Origin: Myxococcota bacterium
Lineage (GTDB): Bacteria > Myxococcota_A > UBA796 > SXON01
Reading direction: 5' to 3'
Length of the DNA stretch: 64,000 nucleotides
Assembly (NCBI GenBank): GCA_040386535.1
Contig: JAZKFH010000038.1
Span: 59,191-123,190, forward strand
Both the position numbers and the translations under genes were made by a program. The notes beneath the pieces are model-generated. The model did no database searches. It worked only from the letters and a program-made list of their open reading frames with translations, and had not been told where the DNA came from. Below, piece by piece: positions 21,372-30,957 of the stretch (positions are counted from its first letter, which is position 1; each line of letters begins with the position of its first letter).

Positions 21372-23080
21372 GCCGCGACCGGTTGCGTCAGCAGGAACGG
21401 CCCGATCGCCAACGCGTCGATCCGCGCGGCCCGCCACGTGGCGACGGCCTCCTCGGGGGTGCGGACGATGGGCTCTTCGTGCAGGTTGAAGCTCGTGTTG
21501 ATGATGGCGGGCACGCCGGTGAGGCGGCGGTAGGCGGAGACGGTGCGCGCGAGGCTCGGCGTGGTGACCGGGTCGGCGAGCTGGGGGCGGAGCGAGCCGT
21601 CCACGTGCACGGCGGCGGGGCATGCGGCGGCGAGGGCGGGGCGGGCCTGGGTCGTCACGGTCATGTACCGCGCGGCGTCGCGGACGGGGCCGAGGCCGTC
21701 CATCCAGTCGTCCGCGTCGTCCGCGAGGAGCACCGGCGCGAACGGCATGAAGTCGGAGCGGGAGAGTGCCACGTTGAGGCGGTCGGTCATCGTGCGATCG
21801 GTGGCCGCGGCGAGGATCGAGCGGTTGCCGAGCGATCGCGGCCCGAACTCCATGGCGCCGTCGAACCGCGCGACGATCTGCCCCCGTGCGAGCCGCGCGG
21901 CGACCTGCTCTTCGAGGTCCTGCACCCGGCGCGCGGGGAGGCCGGCGCGGACCAGGGCCGCGGCGATGGCGTCGGCGTCCCACGAGGGGCCGAGGAACGC
22001 GTCCTTCAGCGGCACGGGCCGCGCGCCCGGCGTCCGTTCGGCCCACGCGAGGAGGGCGGCGCCCACCGCGAGCCCGCCGTCGCCCATGTGCGGAAACACG
22101 CTCACGCTCCGGACGCCGGGCAGCGCCCCGATCCGCTGGTTGAGCCGAACGTTGGCGAACACGCCGCCCGCGAGCGCCACGTGCTCGAGCCCGGTGCGGG
22201 CCATCCAGGTGGTCACCAGCGCGCCGAGCTCGTCCTCCAGGCCCTTCTGGAGCCACGCGCACACGTCTTCACGACGGTAGGGGCGCAGGCGCTCCAACCA
22301 CGGGCGAAGCCGGGCGCCGAAGTGTTCGGTGAACGTGCGCGCGTCGGGCGGGCCGGTGAACGGGAAGGGCACGCGCACCGCCGCGGGGTCTCCGAGCGCG
22401 GCGAGCCCCGTGAGCTTCCCTTCGTGGCGAAACGGCCGGAAGCCGAGAAAGCCCGTGAGCGTCGCGTACAGGAGGCCGTAGGAGTGCGGGTAGGGCATGG
22501 CAGCGAGCCGCTCCAGGCCGCGCTCCGAGCCCCGGTACACCGTGAGCGCGAGGCCATCGCCGATGCCGTCGGCGATGACGACCAGCGTGTCGACGTCGGC
22601 CGCCGTGTACCAGGCCGCCGCGGCATGGCAGCGATGGTGGTCGTGGATCTCGATCGGCGCGGTCGCGACGGCGTAGCGGACGTGCCGTGCGAGCAGGCGC
22701 CGCAACGTGGGCGCCATCAGGCGCACCGGGGGCGAGTCAGCCGTGAGGTGCGGGAACGGGCTCTCGAACTGCATCCACTCGGACACCCGGCCGCCGGGCC
22801 CCGGATCCTCCTGGTAGAACCACCCGTCGTCGAGCTTGAAGCGCTTCTGCGCCGGCCGGAACCCGCGCAGCACCGGGTTGGGGTTCACGAACCCCGAGAA
22901 CGCGACGGCATCGACCTCCCCGACGCGCGCGAGGCAGTCGTGGATCGCGTGTTCCGGCCACCCGCCCTGCCCCTTGTTCCGCGTGTACCGCTCCTCGCTC
23001 GACGCGGCGACGACCACGCCGTCGCGAACCACGGCTGCGCCCGCGTCGTGGGTGCCGTCGTAGATGCCGAGGACGACCAT
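21368..23080 (-). CDS. Carbamoyltransferase (NodU/CmcH family)
   Basis: HDAGAA, EERYTRNK, HHRCHA, EGKLTGLAA, EFGPRSLGNRS and NTSFNLH motifs. Confidence 0.93.
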   Translation of the reverse strand: MVVLGIYDGTHDAGAAVVRDGVVVAASSEERYTRNKGQGGWPEHAIHDCLARVGEVDAVAFSGFVNPNPVLRGFRPAQKRFKLDDGWFYQEDPGPGGRVSEWMQFESPFPHLTADSPPVRLMAPTLRRLLARHVRYAVATAPIEIHDHHRCHAAAAWYTAADVDTLVVIADGIGDGLALTVYRGSERGLERLAAMPYPHSYGLLYATLTGFLGFRPFRHEGKLTGLAALGDPAAVRVPFPFTGPPDARTFTEHFGARLRPWLERLRPYRREDVCAWLQKGLEDELGALVTTWMARTGLEHVALAGGVFANVRLNQRIGALPGVRSVSVFPHMGDGGLAVGAALLAWAERTPGARPVPLKDAFLGPSWDADAIAAALVRAGLPARRVQDLEEQVAARLARGQIVARFDGAMEFGPRSLGNRSILAAATDRTMTDRLNVALSRSDFMPFAPVLLADDADDWMDGLGPVRDAARYMTVTTQARPALAAACPAAVHVDGSLRPQLADPVTTPSLARTVSAYRRLTGVPAIINTSFNLHEEPIVRTPEEAVATWRAARIDALAIGPFLLTQPVAA

Positions 23081-23112
23081 TCCGGCAAGGATGCCACGTT
23101 TTGGGGGCGGGC

Positions 23113-24036
23113 CTAGGGTTGGGTGCGGAGGGCGGCGCTTTGAACGCGGTTCCGGAGCCAGGCGATGCGATCGGGGGCGTCGATCCAGGCGGTGAGGTCG
23201 GGGGCGTCGAGAAAAAGGACCAGCGCCGAGTCGTTGCTCTGCCGGGCCGAGCGGATGTCCACGCCTTTGGTGAAGCCCGACACGCCGACGAGGATGCCCA
23301 GCTGGACCCGTCCGAAGCGGTCGCGGAGCTTGTTGCGGAACACGGTGACAACGTCCGGGTCGACGGGGCTCGACCAGTTCTTGCACTCGACGAGGATGAA
23401 GCTCCCCTCCTTCGCGAGCACCCGGTCGGCGGAGTCGTTCGTCACGACGACATCGAACTCCTCGGCGGACCCGCGGCGGTTCACCGTGACCTCGTTCAGG
23501 CCGGGGATGGCGCGGAAGAGCAGGGAGAGCGTCTCTTCGAGGAGCCGGCCCTTCTTGTGGGCGTCGAGCCCGGGCGCGGTGGCCGCGGCCCAGGTGGCGC
23601 GGAGCTCTCGCTCCAGGTCCGTCGGAGCGATTTTGCGCAAACGACGTTCCCGCGCCGCTTCCACCGCGTGGCGGACACGGAGGGGAAGGAGGAGGTGGAG
23701 GTAGTTGGCGTCCTTCTCCAGGTAGTCCCACGCGCCCGCGGCGATGGCCGAGCGGACGAGTTGAGGGGTGGCGAAGCCGGTGATGACGATGGTGCGGGCC
23801 TCGGGCGAGAGGGCCGCGATCTCCGCGAGCAGCGAAGTGGCGAGCGCGGGGCCACCGTCGCCACGGAGGCGCTCGTCGAGCAGGACCACGTCCCACGGGC
23901 CCTGGCTTTGGAGGGCGACGAGCGCTTCCTCGCGGGAGAGGGCGCGGTGCACGTCGAACCCGTGGCTCCCGAGGATGTCGGCGTAGCTCGCCAGGACATC
24001 GGGCTTGTCGTCGACCATCAGGATCTTCGGGTTCAT
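23113..24036 (-). CDS. Response regulator with C-terminal Mrr-like PD-(D/E)xK restriction endonuclease domain
   Basis: Receiver motifs ILMVDD, VVLLD54, ITG, YLEK; nuclease motifs GRLLEE, EFDVVV, LVECKNW, GILVGVSGFT. Confidence 0.88.
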   Translation of the reverse strand: MNPKILMVDDKPDVLASYADILGSHGFDVHRALSREEALVALQSQGPWDVVLLDERLRGDGGPALATSLLAEIAALSPEARTIVITGFATPQLVRSAIAAGAWDYLEKDANYLHLLLPLRVRHAVEAARERRLRKIAPTDLERELRATWAAATAPGLDAHKKGRLLEETLSLLFRAIPGLNEVTVNRRGSAEEFDVVVTNDSADRVLAKEGSFILVECKNWSSPVDPDVVTVFRNKLRDRFGRVQLGILVGVSGFTKGVDIRSARQSNDSALVLFLDAPDLTAWIDAPDRIAWLRNRVQSAALRTQP

Positions 24037-25547
24037 GCGTGGCTCCGGGCCGGTACGCGGATGAAGAAGCGTGCCCCCCCTTGCGGAGAGGCTTCACACC
24101 GCATCGATCCGCCACACAAGAGTACGGTCGTGCGGGCCTCGTGGAGCCCCCATCCCGAGCCCCCGCGCAGGCTCACCCCCATCTCCAGGATCTGCTCGCG
24201 AAGCTCTGCGGGAACGCCGGGACCGTCATCGTCGACGTAGAGATGGAGGGTGCCCGCGGCGTTCCACCGGCTGTGGATCCACACGGTCCCCGATCCTGCG
24301 CGGCTCTGAGCCGCGTTCCGGAGCAGGTTCACGAAGAGCAGGGTCCATCGCATGCGCGCGCCGTCGATGCTCGCGTCGACCAGCCCGGAGGTGTCGACGC
24401 GGATGCGGCCGTTCCGCTCGGGGATCGTGCTGTCGATCGCCGCGTCGACCGCGTCCCGCAACGAGAACGTCTCCTCCGTCACGGCGAGCGCAAGCCGCGC
24501 CGAGACGTTGGAGAACTCCGTGATGCCCGCGACGGAGCGGTCGAGCCGCTCCCTAAGCTCGGAGATGCGCGCGGGGTCGATGGTCGGCCGCTCCAGTTCC
24601 TCCCACAAGCTGCGCAGCGCGGTCGCGAGGGGGAACGAGATGTTGCGCAGCTCGTGGACGACCATGCGGACGTAGGCGAGATCGGAGCCCCCGGTGGCCT
24701 GGCCGCCGGTGATGGCCGTCGTGACGTTGCCGCGCTCGGCGTCGAGGAGGGCTTGGACGAGGGCGCGGTAGGGGTTGGGGGCGGGGTCGAGGAGGGAGCG
24801 GAGGAGGTCTTCGGCGTCGGGCGCCATCTTCACCCAGACGTAGCCAGTCTCTTCCTGGTATGCCGACGTCACGACGCCAAGGAACTCCAGACGCTCGAAA
24901 GAATGAAAGCCTGCAGGTTTTTCGTCGTCCGTCTGCCACCCGATCCGTTTGGCCGCGACTTCCGCCAGCGTCTGCCTGGTGACCCGCTGGTCGTCCGCAA
25001 CACCGGTCGAGAGCGCAATCTCCAGCTCCAACGCAAACCGGACGGCTTCCCGCCCCGGCAGGCCAACCAACGTCCGCCCGATCGGAGTGGGCCGATCACC
25101 GTCGTCTACGGCCCGGACGGCCCGGCACCAGACGGGCACACCCTCTCCGACGAGCGAGTCCGCGGCCGACTTCGCAAGTGTCCCGATACGCGAGAGCTCC
25201 AACGCGAGGATCGGGCTCTCGGCCTCGTCCGCGTCCACCTCACGGCCGTGAATCTCTGCCACGAGCGTCAGATCTGCGGCTCGCGCGAGCTTCGCCCTGC
25301 CCCATCGCTTCCCGACGCTCTCCCGCACTTCATGCACCAACGTGGTGAGAAACGCCGTGAGGTAGCCGGGCGTGGTCCACCGCTCGTGGGCACGCCGTTG
25401 GGATGGCTGGAACCCAATCTCCCCCAACGCCCCCCACATCACCCCCCGCCGCTTCTCCAAGTCAAAACCCGGCGGCAACGGAGGCAACGGCGCGGGCGGC
25501 GACGCCTGCGCCTTGAGCCACGCCTGCACGTCCTCGATGAATCCCAT
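24033..25547 (-). CDS. Soluble sensor histidine kinase with unrecognised N-terminal domain
   Basis: H-box VHELRN, N-box NLLRNA, G1 DDDGPGVP, G2 GSGWGL; no TM; ATGA overlap with the regulator gene. Confidence 0.9.
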   Translation of the reverse strand: MGFIEDVQAWLKAQASPPAPLPPLPPGFDLEKRRGVMWGALGEIGFQPSQRRAHERWTTPGYLTAFLTTLVHEVRESVGKRWGRAKLARAADLTLVAEIHGREVDADEAESPILALELSRIGTLAKSAADSLVGEGVPVWCRAVRAVDDGDRPTPIGRTLVGLPGREAVRFALELEIALSTGVADDQRVTRQTLAEVAAKRIGWQTDDEKPAGFHSFERLEFLGVVTSAYQEETGYVWVKMAPDAEDLLRSLLDPAPNPYRALVQALLDAERGNVTTAITGGQATGGSDLAYVRMVVHELRNISFPLATALRSLWEELERPTIDPARISELRERLDRSVAGITEFSNVSARLALAVTEETFSLRDAVDAAIDSTIPERNGRIRVDTSGLVDASIDGARMRWTLLFVNLLRNAAQSRAGSGTVWIHSRWNAAGTLHLYVDDDGPGVPAELREQILEMGVSLRGGSGWGLHEARTTVLLCGGSMRCEASPQGGARFFIRVPARSHA

Positions 25548-25578
25548 GCTCCCCCGGCTAACGCGCTACCGTACCCCC

Positions 25579-26436
25579 ATGCCCCCGGCCCCCCTCGCCG
25601 CCGCCCTCGCCCTCCCCGGCCACGGCGGCACCGTGGCTGAGCGCATCGCACTCGCGGAGATCTCCCTGCGAGACGCCCACGCCCAGGGAGCGGTCCTCGC
25701 CGTCCTCCCCGAGGCGTACCTCCCCGGCTATACACACGCGCGTTCCGACGTCGGCCCCACGGCGCGGGCATGGCTCGCCGACGCTGCGCGTCGCTACGCG
25801 ATGACCATCGCCGCCGGCTACGTGGACGACGACGCCTGTGTCCTCGGCGTGACCACCCCCGCCGGCGTCCACACCCGCTACACCAAGCGCTTCCTGTCGC
25901 CCGCCGAGGCGCGCGTCTGGCGCCCGGGGAGCGCCTCGGTGATCGCCGACACGCCCGTCGGCCGCCTTGGGCTGCTGGTGTGCGCCGACGTGCTGCAGCT
26001 CGATGCCTGGGCGCCGTTCGTGGGCGCGGTCGACGCGGTGGTGATCGCCGCCGCGTGGCCCGACTACCGGGGGCGCCTCGCGACGGTGTCCCGCGTGGCG
26101 CGGCCCGGCCTGGGGTGGTTGTTCGGCGCGTCGAATCCGTACCGGCGGGAGCTGCTCGCCCGCGCCGCGCGCGCCGTCGGGGCGCCGGTGGTGTTCGCCA
26201 ACGCGACCGGGCCCGTGCGCGAGGGCGCCGAGGAGGGGTTCTCGGGGGGCGCATGCATCTACGGTGCCGACGGCATCGTGCTCGCGGAGGGGCCGGTGGC
26301 CGTGGCCCCGCTGGTGCGTGGCGTGCCCGGCGCGAGGCTGACCCACCCCCCCGAGTGGGCGGCGTTCACCCGGATCTACCGCTGGGCGGCGGCCTCGCGC
26401 GGGGGCACACGAGCGAGCGGCCGCCCGTTGGGGTAA
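25579..26436 (+). CDS. Carbon-nitrogen hydrolase (nitrilase superfamily)
   Basis: Glu-Lys-Cys triad motifs LPEAY, YTKRFL and LVCAD. Confidence 0.8.
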   Translation: MPPAPLAAALALPGHGGTVAERIALAEISLRDAHAQGAVLAVLPEAYLPGYTHARSDVGPTARAWLADAARRYAMTIAAGYVDDDACVLGVTTPAGVHTRYTKRFLSPAEARVWRPGSASVIADTPVGRLGLLVCADVLQLDAWAPFVGAVDAVVIAAAWPDYRGRLATVSRVARPGLGWLFGASNPYRRELLARAARAVGAPVVFANATGPVREGAEEGFSGGACIYGADGIVLAEGPVAVAPLVRGVPGARLTHPPEWAAFTRIYRWAAASRGGTRASGRPLG

Positions 26437-26445
26437 CCTCGGCGG

Positions 26446-28290
26446 ATGCGACCCCTCTTCCTTCTCGCCATCCTCGGCGCGTGCAGCGACTACGACCTCA
26501 CCGGCAAGGACGAGAACGGGGGCGACGGGATGGACTCGGGCGGCACCGACACGCCCGACAGCGCCAGTGACGGCGCCTGCGCGCTCCGCGACTTCCCGCC
26601 CGAAGCCGTGAACGCCAACGACGACTGTGACTTCGAGATCGGCGGCTTCGAGCCGGTCATCGAGTGGTCGGTGCCGGGCAAGTGGTCCACCGCGCTCCCG
26701 GTGGTCGGGGATCTCGACGGCGACGGGCTGCCCGAGATCGTCGCCATCTGGTCGACGATCCTGAGCAGCTCCGGGATCGAGGCGTGGCACGGCGACGGCT
26801 CGGGTCGGCTCTGGACCAACAACGTGTCCGTCGGCTACGGGTCGGGCTCCGCCATCGCGGACCTCGACGACGACGGGTGGGCCGAGGTCGTGGTGGTCCT
26901 CGACAAGGGCTTCGGCCAGGGCATGGCCGTTGGGGCGCTCGAGGGCACCACCGGAGAGCTGCTCTGGGAGTCCGAGGCCTACACGGACAGCGAATTCAAC
27001 TACGCCACCGGCCTCGCCGTGTCCGACATGGATCACGACGGCAGCCCCGAGATCGTGGCGGGTCGCGTCATCCTCAACGCGGACGGCACGGAGCGCGCCG
27101 AGGGGCGGGGCTCCGGCATCGGCGCGAGCGCGGGGTTCGGCTCCCTCCTCGAAGGCGCCCACCCCGCGGTGGTCGATCTCGATCTCGACGGCGAGGAGGA
27201 GGTCATCACCGGCAGCCACATCTACGACATCGACGGCAACGCCATCGTGCGCACCGGTGAGAACGACGGCGCGGTCTCCGTGGCGAACCTCGACAGCGAT
27301 CCCGAGGGCGAGTTCGTCGTCACCGTTGGCAACACCGTGCGCGCGCACGACACCGACGGCACGCTGCTCTGGGGCCCCATCACCAACCCGACGGCGAACA
27401 TCTTCCCCGTCGCGGCGATCGGCGACATCGACAGCGACGGGATGCCCGAGATCATCGTGGCCGGCGGCAACGAGATCTGGGCCCTGAACCACGACGGTTC
27501 GCCGCTGTGGGACAACCGTGTGACCGACGAGTCCGGCGCGACCGGCGCCTCGATCTTCGACTTCGACGGCGACGGCGTGCCCGAGGTCGTGTACATCGAC
27601 GAGGTCCAGATGGTGGCCTACAACGGGGCCGACGGCGTCGAGAAGTTCCAGAGCAACAACCACGTTTCGGTCACGATGTACGACTACCCCGTGATCGCCG
27701 ACCTCGACGGCGACGGCCACACCGAGATCGTCGTCGCCAACCAGGGCGAGGACGGCATCACGATCTACGAGGACGCCACCAACTCCTGGGCCCCCTCGCG
27801 CGCGGTCTGGAACCAGCACGCCTACACGATCACCAACATCAACGACGACCTGTCGGTGCCGGTGACCGCCGTTCCCAACTTCACCGTGTACAACAGCTAC
27901 CACTCGGCGCTCCCGACGGTCGGCGGCGAGGCCCTCGGCAACGAGCTCGAGGCCGAGATCCTCGACATCTGCCCCGACGACTGCGACGCCGGCACCCTCC
28001 GCGTCTGGGGCCGCGGCCGCAACACGGGCAACGGCGACCTCGCCGCGGGCCTGAAGATCGCGCTCTACGGCACCCCCGGCAACGTGCTCCTCGGCACCGC
28101 CGAGACCGCGGCGGTCACCCCCGCGCTCATGAGCACGGAGAGCGTCGAGTTCGTGGTCGACACGGCGCTTCTCGACGGCGTCACCAGCCTCGAGCTTCGC
28201 GTCGATGACGACGGCACGGGCACCGGCGCCGTGGCCGAGTGTGTGGAGACCAACAACGCGTTCGCCGAGGACGGCGCGTGGTGTGACTGA
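26446..28290 (+). CDS. FG-GAP/VCBS repeat lipoprotein with C-terminal CARDB-like domain
   Basis: Lipobox LGAC; repeated DLDGDGxPEI; WNQHAY; ECVETNN. Confidence 0.85.
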   Translation: MRPLFLLAILGACSDYDLTGKDENGGDGMDSGGTDTPDSASDGACALRDFPPEAVNANDDCDFEIGGFEPVIEWSVPGKWSTALPVVGDLDGDGLPEIVAIWSTILSSSGIEAWHGDGSGRLWTNNVSVGYGSGSAIADLDDDGWAEVVVVLDKGFGQGMAVGALEGTTGELLWESEAYTDSEFNYATGLAVSDMDHDGSPEIVAGRVILNADGTERAEGRGSGIGASAGFGSLLEGAHPAVVDLDLDGEEEVITGSHIYDIDGNAIVRTGENDGAVSVANLDSDPEGEFVVTVGNTVRAHDTDGTLLWGPITNPTANIFPVAAIGDIDSDGMPEIIVAGGNEIWALNHDGSPLWDNRVTDESGATGASIFDFDGDGVPEVVYIDEVQMVAYNGADGVEKFQSNNHVSVTMYDYPVIADLDGDGHTEIVVANQGEDGITIYEDATNSWAPSRAVWNQHAYTITNINDDLSVPVTAVPNFTVYNSYHSALPTVGGEALGNELEAEILDICPDDCDAGTLRVWGRGRNTGNGDLAAGLKIALYGTPGNVLLGTAETAAVTPALMSTESVEFVVDTALLDGVTSLELRVDDDGTGTGAVAECVETNNAFAEDGAWCD

Positions 28291-28308
28291 GCGCGCGGCC
28301 GCCCGCGG

Positions 28309-28677
28309 TCAGGGCGCCTTGAAGTTCACCTTCAGGTCGAACGCCACGTGGGACTTCACCCCGTCGATGCGGTACGGGTAGAAGCGGTAGCGCAACGTGA
28401 TCTCCCGCGCGGCCTCGTGGAACACGAGCGGACACTCGGAGACGACGGCGTCGTAGGGGACGCCCTTCGGGTCGATCGAGACTCGCACGGTGCACCGGGC
28501 GTCGGGGAGCTTCTGTTCCCGCGCCTCCACCGGATAGTCCTCCGACTTGCCCCGCGCGTCGACGCGCACGTCCACGTCCTGCCAATCGATCAAGCGGGGT
28601 TCCGGCGGCGCGGCGGCGGGCGCGTCCTCGGCGAGCGCGGGCGCCACGAGGAGGAGGAGCGAGAGGAAGGCCTGCAT
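28309..28677 (-). CDS. Small secreted TonB C-terminal-domain-like protein
   Basis: Signal peptide; YPVEA...VRVSIDPKG...YRFYP...F motif. Confidence 0.75.
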   Translation of the reverse strand: MQAFLSLLLLVAPALAEDAPAAAPPEPRLIDWQDVDVRVDARGKSEDYPVEAREQKLPDARCTVRVSIDPKGVPYDAVVSECPLVFHEAAREITLRYRFYPYRIDGVKSHVAFDLKVNFKAP

Positions 28678-28796
28678 GGCGCGAGGGTACCACTCGGCCG
28701 CCGTGATCGAGGTCCGAGACCGAGACGGGGGCAGCCGGTCCGCGCGGACGCGGCCGCTGCGGTGACGGCGGTGGCGTCGCCATCGTCGCCGGCTCC

Positions 28797-29789
28797 CTAC
28801 CGCCCCCGCACCAAATCCACCGTCCCCGCCACGATCGCCATCGCCACCGTGGTCCGCTCGATCGCCATGAGCGGCACGCACGCGATCGCGAAGGGCAGGC
28901 CCTCCTCCTCGCGCAGGTAGCCCCACAGGTCGGACTCCCAGCCGATCAACGCGGCGGTGAGGCCCGCCGAGAGCGCCCAGCGCCCCGTGAGGGCCGCGCC
29001 GAGGGCGCCGACACCGAGGGGCACGCCCACGAGGTAGCGGAGCTGGCGGCGCTCGCCAGGGCCGTCGACCGCCACCGACGCGTCGCCGCGGAGGCGCCGC
29101 TGGAGCGTGGTCTTGGCGTGGTGGCGGGCCTTGTGGAAATCGTTGCGGAGCGCGCCCACGAGCGAGAACCGGTGGCGATGTTCGGCGGCGAGCGACTTGT
29201 CGAGGAGCACGCGTTCGCCGCGGTCGTAGAGCGTTCGGCCGAGCTCGACGTCCTCGACGGAGACGGTGCGGAGCCGGGTGTCGAAGCCGCCGGCCGCCAT
29301 GAACGCGTCCCGACGGACGGCGGCGAGCATCGTGGTGAGGTGCCGTGTCTCCCGGGCCTGCGCGAGCGTGAAGTGCCGGTGGGTGAGGTTCTTGTAGCGG
29401 CTCACGACGCCGCGGTGGGGATGCGCGGCGGTGACGGTGCCCCAGATGGCGGCGGCGTCGGGGTCGGCGGCGAAGCCGGCCGCGAGGCGCGCGAAGGTGT
29501 CGGGCGGGGCGACGATGTCGGCGTCGACGAACACGAGGATGTCGCCGGTGGTGGCGGCCGCGCCGGCGTTGCGCGCGTCGGCGGGGCCGGCGTTCGCCTG
29601 GCGCACGACGCGGACCCGGGGATCGGGGGCCACCACCGGCACCGGCGAGCCGTCGTCGACGACCACGATCTCGGCCGGGGGCGGATCGCAGGCGAGCAGC
29701 GCCGCGAGGCAACGGTCGAGATCGGCGCGGGCGTCGGCCGTGGGGGCGAACACGGGCACGATGGCCGAGAAGCGCGGGGGCGAGCTCAT
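28797..29789 (-). CDS. Family 2 glycosyltransferase
   Basis: VVVDDGS, GPADARNAG, FVDAD and EDVELG motifs; C-terminal TM. Confidence 0.9.
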   Translation of the reverse strand: MSSPPRFSAIVPVFAPTADARADLDRCLAALLACDPPPAEIVVVDDGSPVPVVAPDPRVRVVRQANAGPADARNAGAAATTGDILVFVDADIVAPPDTFARLAAGFAADPDAAAIWGTVTAAHPHRGVVSRYKNLTHRHFTLAQARETRHLTTMLAAVRRDAFMAAGGFDTRLRTVSVEDVELGRTLYDRGERVLLDKSLAAEHRHRFSLVGALRNDFHKARHHAKTTLQRRLRGDASVAVDGPGERRQLRYLVGVPLGVGALGAALTGRWALSAGLTAALIGWESDLWGYLREEEGLPFAIACVPLMAIERTTVAMAIVAGTVDLVRGR

Positions 29790-29848
29790 CCGAGGAGTCT
29801 ACCCCCGCGGCGGTCCCGATCGAGTACGGGTCGATCGACCGGCGCGGC

Positions 29849-30421
29849 TCACCGCCGGCTGGTCTGTTCGCCGTCGCGCGGGCGCTCCTTCGCCAGGAAG
29901 GTGATGGAGTCGGCGATGTCCTCGAAGGCCGAGGCGAGCGTGTCCCGCTGCACGTCGAGCTTCTGCGTCGGGTCGATGGCCTCGGCGCGGGCCTGGACCG
30001 CGCGCACCCAGGGCGTCAGGTCGTCGCGGCCCCTCTCCTCGGCGAGGGCGGAGAGCGTCAGCGCGCTCTCGATCAGCGCCGACCTCGCCCACCCGGAGAT
30101 CTCCTTCGAGGCCACCTGCTCCCGCTCGATCTGGGACGCGTAGGTCTCGATGTTGTCGATGCGCGCGCGCGCGATCTCGTTGGTGCCGACCAGCGTGCGG
30201 AGCGCTTCGGCGGTGTGGTTGAGCGCCTTGACGAGGGTGCGGTTCGCCTCGTCGGGGCGGGCGCTCAAGTCACGCGCCTCGTCCCGGAGCGCGTCCACGG
30301 CGAAGCGCCGCTCCGTCCGGGCCTCCTTGGCGGCCTCCTCCGCCATCGGCGTGACGGCCTCCTCGCTCTTGCCACAAGCGCCCACGGTCAGCAGCGCCAA
30401 CGTCATGGTGATGAGTCGCAT
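29849..30421 (-). CDS. Alpha-helical hypothetical lipoprotein
   Basis: GAGG RBS, lipobox VGAC, helical composition. Confidence 0.7.
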   Translation of the reverse strand: MRLITMTLALLTVGACGKSEEAVTPMAEEAAKEARTERRFAVDALRDEARDLSARPDEANRTLVKALNHTAEALRTLVGTNEIARARIDNIETYASQIEREQVASKEISGWARSALIESALTLSALAEERGRDDLTPWVRAVQARAEAIDPTQKLDVQRDTLASAFEDIADSITFLAKERPRDGEQTSRR

Positions 30422-30559
30422 CTGTTCCTCGCGTCGAGTCCTCGTGTAGTGGACACGGGAGCGCGCGGGAAAACGTGAGGCTCGTCGCTACGTGCCTTCG
30501 GGGCGTTGCGGGGGGGACCCCCGCCCCAAGAGCACCGGGATCCGACGCCGCGCCGAGGT

Positions 30560-30952
30560 CTACGGCGGCAGGGTTCCCTGCTCCGCGGGCTCGTTCACGG
30601 GGTGCGGGTTCTTGAACTTGATCGTGTAGTCGAACCGTGCCTTTACCCGCTTGCCCCCGTCCTTCGCCGGGTAGAAGCGGGTCCGCATGGCGATGTCCTG
30701 GCCGAGCGCGAACATCGGCTCGTCGCAGGTCACGGCGGTGACCTCGTAGGGGACGCCTCGCGTGTCGATGGACACACGCACGACGCACACTGCGTACGCG
30801 TTGCCCGCGAAGGCCTCCGCGGGCAGGGGGCCGTCGGAAGGCATGACCCGCGGGCGCACGCGCACCTCGGCGGGCTGGTCCGCGACACGGGGCTCCTCCG
30901 CGCGGGCGGCGAGCGGGAGCATGGCGAGGAGGAGAAGGACGAGAGGACGCAT
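30560..30952 (-). CDS. Small secreted TonB C-terminal-domain-like protein (paralogue of 28309-28677)
   Basis: Signal peptide; CVVRVSIDTRGVPY...RFYPA...YTIKF. Confidence 0.72.
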   Translation of the reverse strand: MRPLVLLLLAMLPLAARAEEPRVADQPAEVRVRPRVMPSDGPLPAEAFAGNAYAVCVVRVSIDTRGVPYEVTAVTCDEPMFALGQDIAMRTRFYPAKDGGKRVKARFDYTIKFKNPHPVNEPAEQGTLPP

Positions 30953-30957
30953 GGGGG

